A stretch of DNA of 64,000 bases from Parcubacteria bacterium C7867-007 (GCA_001189195.1 LFCQ01000002.1:4997-68996); one strand, 5' to 3'; shown: positions 20,405 through 29,239, counted from the stretch's first letter. Notes: generated from the letters alone by a model not told the origin. Numbers and translations: made by a program.

Positions 20405-20440
20405 CGAGAATGATGCCTCTATACTAGAGGCATCATTCTT
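20405..20440 (+). terminator. Rho-independent terminator after ppa
   Basis: gaatgatgcctcta-tac-tagaggcatcattc 14-bp perfect stem followed by a T-rich tract. Confidence 0.6.
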
Positions 20441-20444
20441 ATAT

Positions 20445-20678
20445 ATGGAAAACACACCGAACCCAACACCTGTTACCAATGAGATGCCAGTCGCACCGGT
20501 AGTACCGGTGGCACCCATGCCTGCACCAGCTCCAGAGATGAAAAAGAAGAATCAGTCTTGGGGAACTCTTATTGTTATCTTCCTTATTCTTGCAGTCGTA
20601 GTAATTGGTGCCTTCTACGCATGGGGAGAGCGTGTGGCTCAGCAGCCAGTTCCTGTTGACACTGAACTTCCTAGCTAA
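20445..20678 (+). CDS. small Pro-rich single-TM membrane protein
   Basis: 77 aa with a PxP-rich N-terminus and one TM helix (LIVIFLILAVVVIGAFYAW). Confidence 0.4.
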   Translation: MENTPNPTPVTNEMPVAPVVPVAPMPAPAPEMKKKNQSWGTLIVIFLILAVVVIGAFYAWGERVAQQPVPVDTELPS

Positions 20679-20699
20679 TTTGTTTGTACACCTTTATTC

Positions 20700-21452
20700 A
20701 TGAAACCCGTCATTTCCTCACTAGGTAGTATGGGTGTGTTCGTTCTGGTTGCGTCAACCGCACCATTCGCTCATGCAGCAATCACTAACTACGAAGTGAA
20801 CAGTACTGTTCCTGGAGCAGGCATTCAGACCAATGGTAGTACTGCAAACATAAAGATCGATGGTTTGGGTGTCGTAAATACCGATGCCATAGATACTATG
20901 GTGAACATCCAGACACCTGGCGTGGTGGTTAAGACTACCGCAGGTACCGATGTGAAACTTGGTTTTGGGGGACAGTCACTGAGCATGGTGGTAGAGACGG
21001 GAGTAGACGCATCTAGTGCAAAAACGATTATGTCTCTTGAGGGTAATGCAGCCACATACATACGAACTCAAGATGATGCAGATGCATACGGAACGGTTGT
21101 TGTTGAAAACACACCCCAAGTCAAAAGTGTTAAGACTAATAGCAACAACGTACACGTCACGTACACTCAGACAGGCAAGCTCTTCGGATTCATTCCCGTG
21201 AATATGAAGGCAGCCGTAAATGTTGATGCAGCAGGAACGGTTTCAGTTAAGCTCCCCTGGTATAAAATGCTTGTCGTACGTGATGACAGTGTTGCTTCTT
21301 CTGTGAAAGCCATCATCACTACCGCAAAGACTGAAAACAAGGTGCTAGTATCTGGCGAAGCCACTATCGAGCCTGTTGATCAAGCACGCCTCACACAGTA
21401 CGTGACACAGGTACTTGTAACCGATAGCTCTGTTGCAGTGAACGTTAAATAG
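20700..21452 (+). CDS. secreted hypothetical protein
   Basis: Signal peptide ending AHA; Thr/Val-rich beta-type composition. Confidence 0.45.
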   Translation: MKPVISSLGSMGVFVLVASTAPFAHAAITNYEVNSTVPGAGIQTNGSTANIKIDGLGVVNTDAIDTMVNIQTPGVVVKTTAGTDVKLGFGGQSLSMVVETGVDASSAKTIMSLEGNAATYIRTQDDADAYGTVVVENTPQVKSVKTNSNNVHVTYTQTGKLFGFIPVNMKAAVNVDAAGTVSVKLPWYKMLVVRDDSVASSVKAIITTAKTENKVLVSGEATIEPVDQARLTQYVTQVLVTDSSVAVNVK

Positions 21453-21470
21453 TGAGCAAAGAAACTAAAG

Positions 21471-21505
21471 AAGGACTCCTGCATGCAGGAGTCCTTCTTT
21501 TTTGA
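21471..21505 (+). terminator. Rho-independent terminator
   Basis: aaggactcctgcatgcaggagtcctt perfect stem followed by ctttttt. Confidence 0.6.
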
Positions 21506-22131
21506 TACCATTCCCTATTATGGCTACCAAAACATCAACTACCCCGTCTTCGATGCTCGTTCCAATGGTGCTCGAGAAATCACAGTTCGGTGAGCGTGCA
21601 TATGACATATACTCACGCCTGCTCCGTGATCGCATTATCTTCCTTGGTGGCCCGATCGATGATGACGTAGCTAATCTCATCATTTCTCAGCTCCTCTTCC
21701 TTGAGACGGAGGATCCAAAACGTGATATCTGGCTCTATGTGAACTCACCGGGTGGTCACGTGCATTCAGGCCTCGCTATTGTTGATGCTATGAACCATGT
21801 GAAGCCAGATGTCGCTACCGTTGCTATTGGTATGGCCGCTTCTATGGGTTCAATCATTCTTGCATCAGGTGCTAAGGGGAAGCGCTTTGCACTTCCAAAC
21901 GCAGACATCATGATCCACCAGCCACACGGTGGTGCTGAAGGACAGGCTGCAGACATCGAGATCAGCGCGCGCCGTATTCTTTCTCTACGTGAGCGTCTCA
22001 ACAAAATCCTCGCAAAGACAACTGGTCAACCACTTGAGAAAATAACGCGTGATGTTGATCGTGACTTCTACCTTTCTGCTGATGAAGCGAAGAAGTACGG
22101 TATCGTAGATCAGGTCTACAAGACGAAGTAG
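21502..22131 (+). CDS. clpP: ATP-dependent Clp protease proteolytic subunit
   Basis: Catalytic Ser region GMAASMGS and the His/Asp positions; 209 aa. Confidence 0.9.
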   Translation: MIPFPIMATKTSTTPSSMLVPMVLEKSQFGERAYDIYSRLLRDRIIFLGGPIDDDVANLIISQLLFLETEDPKRDIWLYVNSPGGHVHSGLAIVDAMNHVKPDVATVAIGMAASMGSIILASGAKGKRFALPNADIMIHQPHGGAEGQAADIEISARRILSLRERLNKILAKTTGQPLEKITRDVDRDFYLSADEAKKYGIVDQVYKTK

Positions 22132-22329
22132 GTATGATCCATCTAGAACGACCACTAGACTTCAACCCAAAGTTTGAAGTCGTGGGCTGCGTTCTAGAGC
22201 ATGAAGACCAAAGTATCACCCTGTTTTACCGAACCCGTGAAGCGTAGTAAGGTGCACCTGTTCCCCCTTATTTAAATGTAACCCTCCGCAGACCCTATTT
22301 GGGCATGGCCTGCGCAGGACTGAACGTAT

Positions 22330-23859
22330 ATGTCTATAAAATTAGTATTGATTCTGCTGGCTATTTCAGGCACTGCAGGTATCGCGCTTGGCTATGTGCT
22401 TCGCTTGCTCATTGCACTGGGCCGTCGTGGTTCCCTGGAACTTGAGGTGAAGCAGCGCATGCTCGAAGCAAAGGAGCGAGCGAACCGCATCATCGCAGAA
22501 GCAGAGGCACGTGGTGAGGAGATCGAGAAAGAAGCCACTGCTCCTCTTAAAGAACGTGAGGCGCGCGTGGAGTCGTATGTAAATCGCCTCACCAAGCGTG
22601 AGGAGTTTCTTGATGAACGTGAACAGAATCTTTCTGAACTCAGCGAGCAAGTGAAAATGCGTGAGAATGAAGCAGCTAACCTTAAGCGTGAGGCAGCAGC
22701 ACTTATCCAGAGTGAGCAAGCTGAACTTGCTCGTATTGCAGAGCTATCTGAAGAAGAAGCCCGTACTAAGCTACTGAGCAATATTGAGCAGCTTCATGAG
22801 AAAGCTATTCTCTCTCGTATCCAGAAGCTTGAGACTAATGGTCGTGAGCGCATAGAAGAAAAGGCACGCGGCATTCTCCTCACTGCTATTCATCGCATGG
22901 GTAACGCGGTAAATACCGAGGTTATGACCCTTTCAGTGCAGCTTCCTTCTGAGGAATTGAAGGGTAAGGTGATTGGTAAAGAAGGTCGCAACATCAAAGC
23001 CTTTGAACGCGCTACCGGTGTAGACGTCATTATTGATGAAGCACCTGATCGTATTAGTCTTTCTTCCTTTGATCCACTGCGTCGCCACATCGCAAAGATT
23101 GCTCTAGAGCGTCTCATTGAGGATGGCCGTATCCAACCCGCAAAGATTGAAGAGATTGTTGAGAAAGCAAAGCAAGAAGTTGAGGTAATCATTAAACAGA
23201 AGGGTGAAGAAGCAGCCTATGAAGTTGGTATTGTCGGACTTGATCCCCGTCTCATCACGCTTCTTGGTCGCCTCCACTTCCGTACCAGCTACGGACAGAA
23301 TGTATTGCAGCATTCTATTGAAATGGCCCACATTGCAGGCATACTGGCAGCAGAACTTGATGCAGACGCTGAAATTGCACGTACTGGTGCCCTCCTTCAT
23401 GACATCGGCAAGGCTGTAGATCATGAGGTACAAGGTACCCATGTAGAGATTGGGCGTCGTATCCTTGAGAAATTCGGTGTAGACAAGAAGGTTATTCAAG
23501 CGATGCAGGCACATCATGAGGAATATCCGTATGAAACACCTGAATCTATCATTGTTCAGGTTGCAGACAGTATCTCTGCAAGTCGTCCTGGAGCACGTCG
23601 TGACACTATAGAGCGCTATCTAGAGCGTCTTGGTGATCTAGAACGTATTGCAAAAGGCTTTGCGGGCGTTGAGAAAGTGTACGCAATACAGGCAGGACGT
23701 GAAATACGTATATTCGTGAACCCAGGAAAGGTATCAGACCTTGAAACACATAAGCTTGCACGTGAAATTGCTGCTCGTATTCAAGAAGAACTAAAATATC
23801 CAGGAGAAATTAAAGTGAATGTGATTCGTGAGAATAGAGTGGTTGAATTCGCACGCTAA
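22330..23859 (+). CDS. rny: ribonuclease Y
   Basis: N-terminal TM helix, coiled-coil, KH domain, HD domain (LLHDIGKA..H). Confidence 0.9.
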   Translation: MSIKLVLILLAISGTAGIALGYVLRLLIALGRRGSLELEVKQRMLEAKERANRIIAEAEARGEEIEKEATAPLKEREARVESYVNRLTKREEFLDEREQNLSELSEQVKMRENEAANLKREAAALIQSEQAELARIAELSEEEARTKLLSNIEQLHEKAILSRIQKLETNGRERIEEKARGILLTAIHRMGNAVNTEVMTLSVQLPSEELKGKVIGKEGRNIKAFERATGVDVIIDEAPDRISLSSFDPLRRHIAKIALERLIEDGRIQPAKIEEIVEKAKQEVEVIIKQKGEEAAYEVGIVGLDPRLITLLGRLHFRTSYGQNVLQHSIEMAHIAGILAAELDADAEIARTGALLHDIGKAVDHEVQGTHVEIGRRILEKFGVDKKVIQAMQAHHEEYPYETPESIIVQVADSISASRPGARRDTIERYLERLGDLERIAKGFAGVEKVYAIQAGREIRIFVNPGKVSDLETHKLAREIAARIQEELKYPGEIKVNVIRENRVVEFAR

Positions 23860-24236
23860 CGCTTTGATTTAATAGCTTTCTGAAGGGTGACATCGAGGGT
23901 GAGGAGTGTATATTCTTCGGCATGGGCAAGCAAAGCAAGATCAACAAATGAAAGCTTGCTTTTTTGTCCAAGAAATTCTTCTATAGTCCTAAGAAATGAT
24001 TCTTCTTTGCTGTGGAGTATCGTAAATGCTGCATTCCCAAGCATTATGCGCAAAAAAGAATCAGCATTCGCTTTCCCAGAGCGCATCATAAGTACCGTTG
24101 CAGTCTCTAGAACGACATACTCATGCACTACTAGCTGCTGTGTTTGCTTGAAGAGAAGCTCTTTGGCCTCTGTATGAAAGTGATCTGCTTCGTTAAAGAA
24201 AGCGATCAGTACACTCGAATCAACGAGTATTCCCAT
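23856..24236 (-). CDS. vapC: PIN-domain toxin (VapC-like)
   Basis: N-terminal DSSVLIA motif and acidic residues positioned as in the PIN fold; overlaps the upstream antitoxin gene by 17 bp. Confidence 0.75.
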   Translation of the reverse strand: MGILVDSSVLIAFFNEADHFHTEAKELLFKQTQQLVVHEYVVLETATVLMMRSGKANADSFLRIMLGNAAFTILHSKEESFLRTIEEFLGQKSKLSFVDLALLAHAEEYTLLTLDVTLQKAIKSKR

Positions 24237-24462
24237 ATACTATTTCGTCGATGCGATTAGAAAGGTCTTTATCACCTTTAAACTTAGCTGTTGCGAGTGC
24301 ATCTTCAAGAGTGCCTGTGCGTTTTGTTGGAAGTATAGGTTCTATGCGAAATACCGGTTTGGAATCACGCACTACCGTAAAGGACTGGCCCTTAAGCGCC
24401 GCATCTGCAATGCGTTTAAGGTTATTTTGAAGTTCCTTAATACCCAGTATGGCTGTTGTCAT
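24220..24462 (-). CDS. antitoxin (Phd/YefM or VapB-like)
   Basis: 80-aa protein immediately upstream of, and overlapping, the PIN toxin gene. Confidence 0.55.
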   Translation of the reverse strand: MTTAILGIKELQNNLKRIADAALKGQSFTVVRDSKPVFRIEPILPTKRTGTLEDALATAKFKGDKDLSNRIDEIVYGNTR

Positions 24463-24465
24463 AAA

Positions 24466-24495
24466 GTAAGTATACTTTTAAGTATACTTAAAAGC
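24466..24495. promoter_or_regulatory. tandem palindromes AAGTATACTT x2, candidate toxin-antitoxin operator
   Basis: gtAAGTATACTTttAAGTATACTTaaaag sits 4-33 bp upstream of the antitoxin start codon. Confidence 0.35.
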
Positions 24496-24544
24496 AACTA
24501 TTTGCTATCCCCCTTATATTTTTGGCCCTATTGCGTTATATGGC

Positions 24545-25957
24545 TCATTTTCTATACTTTCCCCACAGACCTCCCTTGGAGGACTTAGCCCTAAAACCCC
24601 AATAGATTCGTATGAACAAGGCAGATATCGTGATGAAGGTGCAAGATGTGCTCGGCGGAACCAAAGCTGATGCAGAGCGCGCTGTAGAGACTGTTATCGA
24701 AAGCATCGTAGGCGGCCTCAAGGCTGGTGACGAAGTATCGATTGCAGGTCTCGGCATTTTCCGTGCAAAGCCTCGTGCTGCACGTATGGCACGTAACCCT
24801 CGCACAGGTGAGCAACTCTCTTCGTCATACATCTCATACCCCTTACCGTACTCAAGATCCTTCATAAGCTTCGTGGGGGCGTTACGAATATGCTTTGGTA
24901 CTGGCAGGTTACCCATCTTCTTTATATCTTCCTGTGCAGCACGTAACGCATCATATGCAGAACGGTCCTTCTTTGCTTGAGCAAGATACGCAACACCGTG
25001 CGCAAGATTAATAGCGCATTCTGGGTATCCAATCACCTCACACGCTCTAAACACCGCATTAGCCACCACCAACGCTGTTGGTTGCGCCACACCAATATCC
25101 TCTGAAGCAAAGATAACCATTCTTCGTGCAATAAACAGTGGATCCTCCCCTGCCTCAACCATGCGTGCCAAGTAATAGATGGCTGCGTCTGGTTGTGAGG
25201 CACGCATACTTTTTATGAACGCACTGATGGTGTCGTAGTGTTCATCTCCTTTCTTGTCATAGCGAAGGTGTGGAGACTCAAGAGCCTTATTGAGAGTCTC
25301 CACAGTTACCTTTCCATACAGACTCGTTGTGCTATCCAAAAGAGTAAGTGCACGGCGTGCATCCCCGTTGGCATATCCCATTAACCATTCAAATGCATCC
25401 TTACCTAGCTTTAGTTTTGCACGTGTAACTATTGCTCGTAGTGATTCTTCTGCGAGTGGTTCTAGTACAAACACTCTGCAACGCGAAAGAAGTGCGGGAA
25501 TAACTTCGAATGAAGGATTTTCTGTTGTTGCTCCAATAAGTGTGAGCCTTCCACTCTCTACATATGGAAGCAGAAAGTCTTGCTGGCTCTTATTAAATCG
25601 ATGAATCTCATCCAGGAACAATACTTTTGGACGTTCGGGTGCAAACGTATCGTTATTAAACGCTTCCTGAAAGGTACTCTTCCCTCCCCTACCCTTCGCT
25701 GGTCCCTCAACTATCTGACGAATATCCTCCTTCCCTGCAGAAACGGCTGAGAGCTCAAACAAATCTGCATCCAATGCTTTGGCATAGATACGCGCGATCG
25801 TCGTCTTACCAGTCCCTGGAGGGCCCCACAGAATGAATGAGAAGCGGTGTCTCTTCTCTGTCGCTACACGTATCGGCTTCCCTTCCCCTACCAAATGTTC
25901 CTGCCCTACGAATTCATCGAGGTTCTTGGGTCGTAGGCGTGCGGCAAGAGGTTCCAT
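24545..25957 (-). CDS. rarA: recombination factor RarA/MgsA (AAA+ ATPase); conserved homology stops near 24819 and the remaining 91 codons read antisense through the HU gene
   Basis: Walker A GPPGTGKTT, sensor motifs and MgsA_C start (...TKLMKDLEYGKGYEMYDEE), after which the sequence is non-homologous. Confidence 0.75.
   Translation of the reverse strand: MEPLAARLRPKNLDEFVGQEHLVGEGKPIRVATEKRHRFSFILWGPPGTGKTTIARIYAKALDADLFELSAVSAGKEDIRQIVEGPAKGRGGKSTFQEAFNNDTFAPERPKVLFLDEIHRFNKSQQDFLLPYVESGRLTLIGATTENPSFEVIPALLSRCRVFVLEPLAEESLRAIVTRAKLKLGKDAFEWLMGYANGDARRALTLLDSTTSLYGKVTVETLNKALESPHLRYDKKGDEHYDTISAFIKSMRASQPDAAIYYLARMVEAGEDPLFIARRMVIFASEDIGVAQPTALVVANAVFRACEVIGYPECAINLAHGVAYLAQAKKDRSAYDALRAAQEDIKKMGNLPVPKHIRNAPTKLMKDLEYGKGYEMYDEESCSPVRGLRAIRAARGFARKMPRPAIDTSSPALRPPTMLSITVSTARSASALVPPSTSCTFITISALFIRIYWGFRAKSSKGGLWGKYRK
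24612..24980 (+). CDS. hup: HU-family DNA-binding protein with aberrant C-terminus (homology ends at about residue 69, near 24818)
   Basis: MNKADIVMKVQDV...GLGIFRAKPRAARMARNPRTGEQL is canonical HU; the DNA-binding arm and C-terminal helix are replaced by unrelated sequence. Confidence 0.6.
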   Translation: MNKADIVMKVQDVLGGTKADAERAVETVIESIVGGLKAGDEVSIAGLGIFRAKPRAARMARNPRTGEQLSSSYISYPLPYSRSFISFVGALRICFGTGRLPIFFISSCAARNASYAERSFFA

Positions 25958-26056
25958 GCATAAAGCGTACGCTGGTGTATGTGAAAATCAATCGAACACC
26001 AGCATACCAATCTTGCTTAATGGTTCCCTTCCCTAGGAAGGAGGTACAATATTGCT

Positions 26057-26533
26057 ATGAAAAAGATACTGATTATCCTGGTTTTGATACTTGTGGCTGG
26101 TATTGCTTATTACGGACTTTCTCCCCTATTCCGCAACATGGAACTTAGCGAGGAGGTACCTGGCACCGTTCAACAAGAAAACCAGAATGATAGTTCTCAG
26201 AACACACCGAACCCAGAACCGGTCATAATGCCCGCTGCACAGATTGTTGACACTCCAGCGCACCCAGCAAGTGGAACCGCACGCATTGTTATCTCAAAAG
26301 GAACCACATACCTCCGTTATGAGAATCTAAAGACTATCAATGGACCTGATCTGTATGTGTACCTAAGTAAGGATCTTGACGCAAAAGAGTTCGTTAGCCT
26401 AGGACGAATAAAAGCAACGGAGGGGAATGTAAACTACGAGATCCCTGGAAACATTAACCTGACGGAGTATCCCTATGCGCTTGTTTGGTGCAAACAGTTT
26501 GGAGTGTTGTTTAACAGTGCAAAACTGCAGTAG
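26057..26533 (+). CDS. DM13-domain protein with N-terminal TM anchor
   Basis: C-terminal ...DLYVYLS...YEIPGNINLTEYPYALVWCKQFGVLF pattern typical of the DM13 domain. Confidence 0.55.
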   Translation: MKKILIILVLILVAGIAYYGLSPLFRNMELSEEVPGTVQQENQNDSSQNTPNPEPVIMPAAQIVDTPAHPASGTARIVISKGTTYLRYENLKTINGPDLYVYLSKDLDAKEFVSLGRIKATEGNVNYEIPGNINLTEYPYALVWCKQFGVLFNSAKLQ

Positions 26534-26594
26534 TTACTCTGTGTGCATTATTCGAAGTACCGTGGAACGTTAGTACGTAAACTCTAACTAAATG

Positions 26595-26665
26595 TGCGGG
26601 ATAGGAGAATCGAACTCCTGCGTCGAACTTGGAAGGTTCGCGTTCTACCATTAAACTAATCCCGC
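26595..26665 (-). tRNA. tRNA-Gly (anticodon UCC)
   Basis: 71-nt cloverleaf: acceptor GCGGGAT/ATCCCGC, anticodon loop CUUCCAA, T-loop GGTTCGATTCC. Confidence 0.85.
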
Positions 26666-26759
26666 TTCAGAAGCGAGGATACCATATAAATAAGTGTTTC
26701 GGCTACATGTCGACTACGCGTCGCCTATCTTTTTGAACGTTCTGTTGTACGCTACAGCT

Positions 26760-27932
26760 ATGAAAGTAACTGTTTTGGCCGTTGTTGCCGCCCTGACGTT
26801 CAGTGCAGGAGCTGCATACCTGGTATTTGTACCAAACGACCAGAAACCAGCTCCTGTGGCGGCCTTAAGTGCCTCTGCGGGCTCTGCCCTGTACGACACT
26901 AGCCGCATCCTAGAACTGTTGAAGCAGTTGCTGATGTTGCAGCAGAAAGTGAAACAACAGCCTTCAATCATAGCGAGCACCACTATTCCCTTTGCTCCTG
27001 TAGCAACAAGTACAACAACCACGAAGCCTGCAGCTCCTGTGAAACCAGCGGCTCCAAAATCTGTGGCACCCTTAAACACAGAGACCAAGCTAGGACTTGC
27101 ACTTCCTAAGGTTCGGAGCGCAACCGTTAATATTGTTTGTCTTCCGGTTAAATCAGGCACGAATGTACGAGGAGTTTCTGGAACAGGAGTGATAATTGAT
27201 CCTCGTGGCGTTATTCTCACGGTTGCTCATGTGGCACAGCACCATTTGATTGCTGCAGCACGTCCTGATTTGGTTTCATGTGTAGTGCGTACTGGCAGTC
27301 CAGCAATACCTGCATATATTGCAAAGCCTATCTTCGTATCTGAAGACTGGCTTGAGACTCATGGGAAACAGCTCTCCTCCTCTAACCCACGTGGAACAGG
27401 TGAGGATGATTTTGCGCTCCTTGCAATCACAGACACCGCAACCAAGACCCCCCTCCCTTCACTCTTCCCTTCTGTTTCACTCGCACAAAATACACCCGCA
27501 CTCAAGGATGGGGTGGTGATTGGATCATACGGTGCAGAGTTTCTAAGCAGCGCAACGATCCGTTCTGGTATATTCCCCACTGTTGTATTTGGCTCGGTCA
27601 AAGATCGCTTTACGTTTGGTACACAAACCCTTGATGTTATCTCTCTAGGTGGAGGTGCAGCAGCACAGGAGGGTTCTTCCGGAGGAGCTGCAGTGAATCA
27701 AGATGCGCAACTCATAGGACTCATCACCTCTCGCTCTAGCGCAGATAACCTTAATGATCGTGATCTTCGTGCCATAACCAACACATACCTTCAGCGCGCA
27801 TTCCGTGAGGAGACTGGTGAATCAATCAGTTCATTCCTATCTTCAGATATAAAGACACTTGTTAGCCAATACGCACCTGAAGCAGCAAAACGTGGTGATC
27901 AACTTATCAAACTAAATCGTCTTGCTAACTAA
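26760..27932 (+). CDS. secreted trypsin-like (S1/HtrA-type) serine protease
   Basis: TM/signal sequence; His (TVAHV), Asp and Ser (GSSGGA) catalytic-triad motifs. Confidence 0.75.
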   Translation: MKVTVLAVVAALTFSAGAAYLVFVPNDQKPAPVAALSASAGSALYDTSRILELLKQLLMLQQKVKQQPSIIASTTIPFAPVATSTTTTKPAAPVKPAAPKSVAPLNTETKLGLALPKVRSATVNIVCLPVKSGTNVRGVSGTGVIIDPRGVILTVAHVAQHHLIAAARPDLVSCVVRTGSPAIPAYIAKPIFVSEDWLETHGKQLSSSNPRGTGEDDFALLAITDTATKTPLPSLFPSVSLAQNTPALKDGVVIGSYGAEFLSSATIRSGIFPTVVFGSVKDRFTFGTQTLDVISLGGGAAAQEGSSGGAAVNQDAQLIGLITSRSSADNLNDRDLRAITNTYLQRAFREETGESISSFLSSDIKTLVSQYAPEAAKRGDQLIKLNRLAN

Positions 27933-27967
27933 GTTGAGAAGTTGAAGCAGTATGTGACTATGCATAC

Positions 27968-27998
27968 TGCAAGTCTGGGACGATGTTGGGGCCTTTCT
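27968..27998 (+). repeat. tRNA-3'-end-like repeat, type A variant (TGCAAGTCTGGGACGATGTTGGGGCCTTTCT)
   Basis: 28/31 identical to the consensus; first boundary of the tRNA-Pro-proximal array. Confidence 0.75.
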
Positions 27999-28068
27999 CG
28001 TCAAATGGACATAGCTCACGAAAAGGTATACGAATATAAAGAGTACAGAAGAAACACGGAGTCGAAAC

Positions 28069-28557
28069 ATGTTTAAAAAGCTTGGGGTCGACATTGGTGG
28101 GGTTATCATCGCTGAGATCAAAGCTGAAGGCGGCCTTGCTCACATCGATGAAGATCATCTCAATGTACTGCCAGTACAGAGTGTGCTTGAGGCTCTCGCT
28201 CAACTCGAACACACATTTAAAGATCAGCGTTTTTTGATCTCAAAGGCACGGGAAGAAGTTGAGGGTAGCTGCCGGTCTTGGCTGCAGCACTACAAGTTCT
28301 TCGAGACGACAGGTATACCTGAAGCTCACCTGCACTTCTGCAGGGAGCGTTCGGGGAAGAAGGCCATCTGCAGAGAGTTGGGTATCACCCATTTCGTGGA
28401 TGATAAGCTCGAGGTACTCAGTCACCTTGTAGGCCTGGTTCCGAACCTTTTTCTCTTCAACCCTGACGAGAACGAGACACGGCCCTATGCTGAGTATCTT
28501 CCTTCCGTAACCGTTGTTCCTGATTGGCGTTCACTGACACAGCTCCTTCAAGAGTAG
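28069..28557 (+). CDS. hypothetical protein, HAD/5'(3')-deoxyribonucleotidase-like with a degenerate motif I (cassette gene)
   Basis: LGVDIGGVI where DxDGV is expected; C-terminal GITHFVDDKLEVL...LFLFNPDEN resembles NT5C-type HAD phosphatases. Confidence 0.4.
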   Translation: MFKKLGVDIGGVIIAEIKAEGGLAHIDEDHLNVLPVQSVLEALAQLEHTFKDQRFLISKAREEVEGSCRSWLQHYKFFETTGIPEAHLHFCRERSGKKAICRELGITHFVDDKLEVLSHLVGLVPNLFLFNPDENETRPYAEYLPSVTVVPDWRSLTQLLQE

Positions 28558-28560
28558 TAT

Positions 28561-28612
28561 CGCTTCGCTGGTGCTGGCATATTCCAGCACCAGCCACTGC
28601 CATACCTTTTTT
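28561..28612 (+). terminator. double hairpin terminator
   Basis: gctggtgctggcatattccagcaccagc stem, then ccatacctttttt / aggtatggctttttt. Confidence 0.5.
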
Positions 28613-28627
28613 AGGTATGGCTTTTTT

Positions 28628-28660
28628 GCTGGCAGTCTGGGACGATGTTGGAACCTTTCT
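28628..28660 (+). repeat. tRNA-3'-end-like repeat, type A consensus (GCTGGCAGTCTGGGACGATGTTGGAACCTTTCT)
   Basis: Perfect consensus copy, directly between a terminator and a promoter. Confidence 0.8.
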
Positions 28661-28666
28661 CTACAA

Positions 28667-28694
28667 TTGACAATGGTATTTATTTACGTATAAT
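28667..28694 (+). promoter_or_regulatory. sigma70-like promoter (TTGACA, 16 bp spacer, TATAAT)
   Basis: Exact consensus hexamers 7 bp downstream of the repeat; RBS AGGAGG follows. Confidence 0.5.
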
Positions 28695-28737
28695 AGTAAA
28701 TGGGTACTTTTGCCCCTTCATATTAGGAGGTCCTCCA

Positions 28738-29133
28738 GTGGAGACCGCAATCAATTGGAACCAAATGCCGTTCAGGGTTCAGGCTGAAATTAACATCGGC
28801 CTGTACAGCGTGGAGAACACGCAACCCTATTTCGCACGATTGACTGAGCGCCTACAGGCGATCATCGATTCGAGCGAACAGTGGCGTGATTCTGCCGAAA
28901 ACGGAAACGACTGGCACGTTTGCCGGCCCGAGGTGAGAGGGTTCGGCGCGCACTTTAAACTGCTTGTGCCCTTCTCCGAAATCAAGCCGAGCCAACTTCG
29001 AGCTTTGTGCTCGTACGTCAACAGACTCGCTGAACGACTGGCTGAAGAAAACGATCCGAACATTGATACGGTCTACGCTGAAGTCGCCTTCAGACCCTGC
29101 AGCACAATCTTTACTAGCGGAAGTAGCTTGTAG
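28738..29133 (+). CDS. hypothetical protein (cassette gene); GTG start preferred over the longer ATG ORF that begins at 28645
   Basis: AGGAGG lies 8 nt upstream of the GTG at 28738, whereas the ATG at 28645 falls inside the repeat; no family match. Confidence 0.4.
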   Translation: METAINWNQMPFRVQAEINIGLYSVENTQPYFARLTERLQAIIDSSEQWRDSAENGNDWHVCRPEVRGFGAHFKLLVPFSEIKPSQLRALCSYVNRLAERLAEENDPNIDTVYAEVAFRPCSTIFTSGSSL

Positions 29134-29191
29134 AGATTCCTTAATGCGCGCCCTGTCTTTGAAAAACAAGATGGGGCGCTTTCGATATCTG

Positions 29192-29224
29192 GCTGGCAGT
29201 CTGGGACGATGTTGGAACTTTTCT
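29192..29224 (+). repeat. tRNA-3'-end-like repeat, type A (GCTGGCAGTCTGGGACGATGTTGGAACTTTTCT)
   Basis: Near-perfect consensus copy. Confidence 0.8.
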
Positions 29225-29239
29225 AAGCTTAGAATAGAC

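Noticed and set aside
24545-24818. Taking the full 470-aa ORF as an intact RarA
   Set aside because: The last 91 codons are antisense to a highly conserved HU N-terminus and have no MgsA_C similarity. They are treated as an artefactual or novel extension rather than a conserved domain.
26552-26580. Possible twelfth degenerate repeat copy (gaagtaccgtggaacgttagtacg) next to tRNA-Gly(UCC)
   Set aside because: Only about 8/11 matches, limited to the GGAAC core, with no conserved TGGCAG or CTGGGA 5' part. This is indistinguishable from chance.
28628-28660. Reading the repeat as a sigma-54 promoter (TGGCAG...TTGGAAC versus TGGCAC-N5-TTGCW)
   Set aside because: The -12 element lacks the invariant GC (it has TTGG). 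The spacing is wrong. The copies at 14181 and 61974 face away from any plus-strand gene, and separate sigma70-like promoters lie just downstream of two copies.
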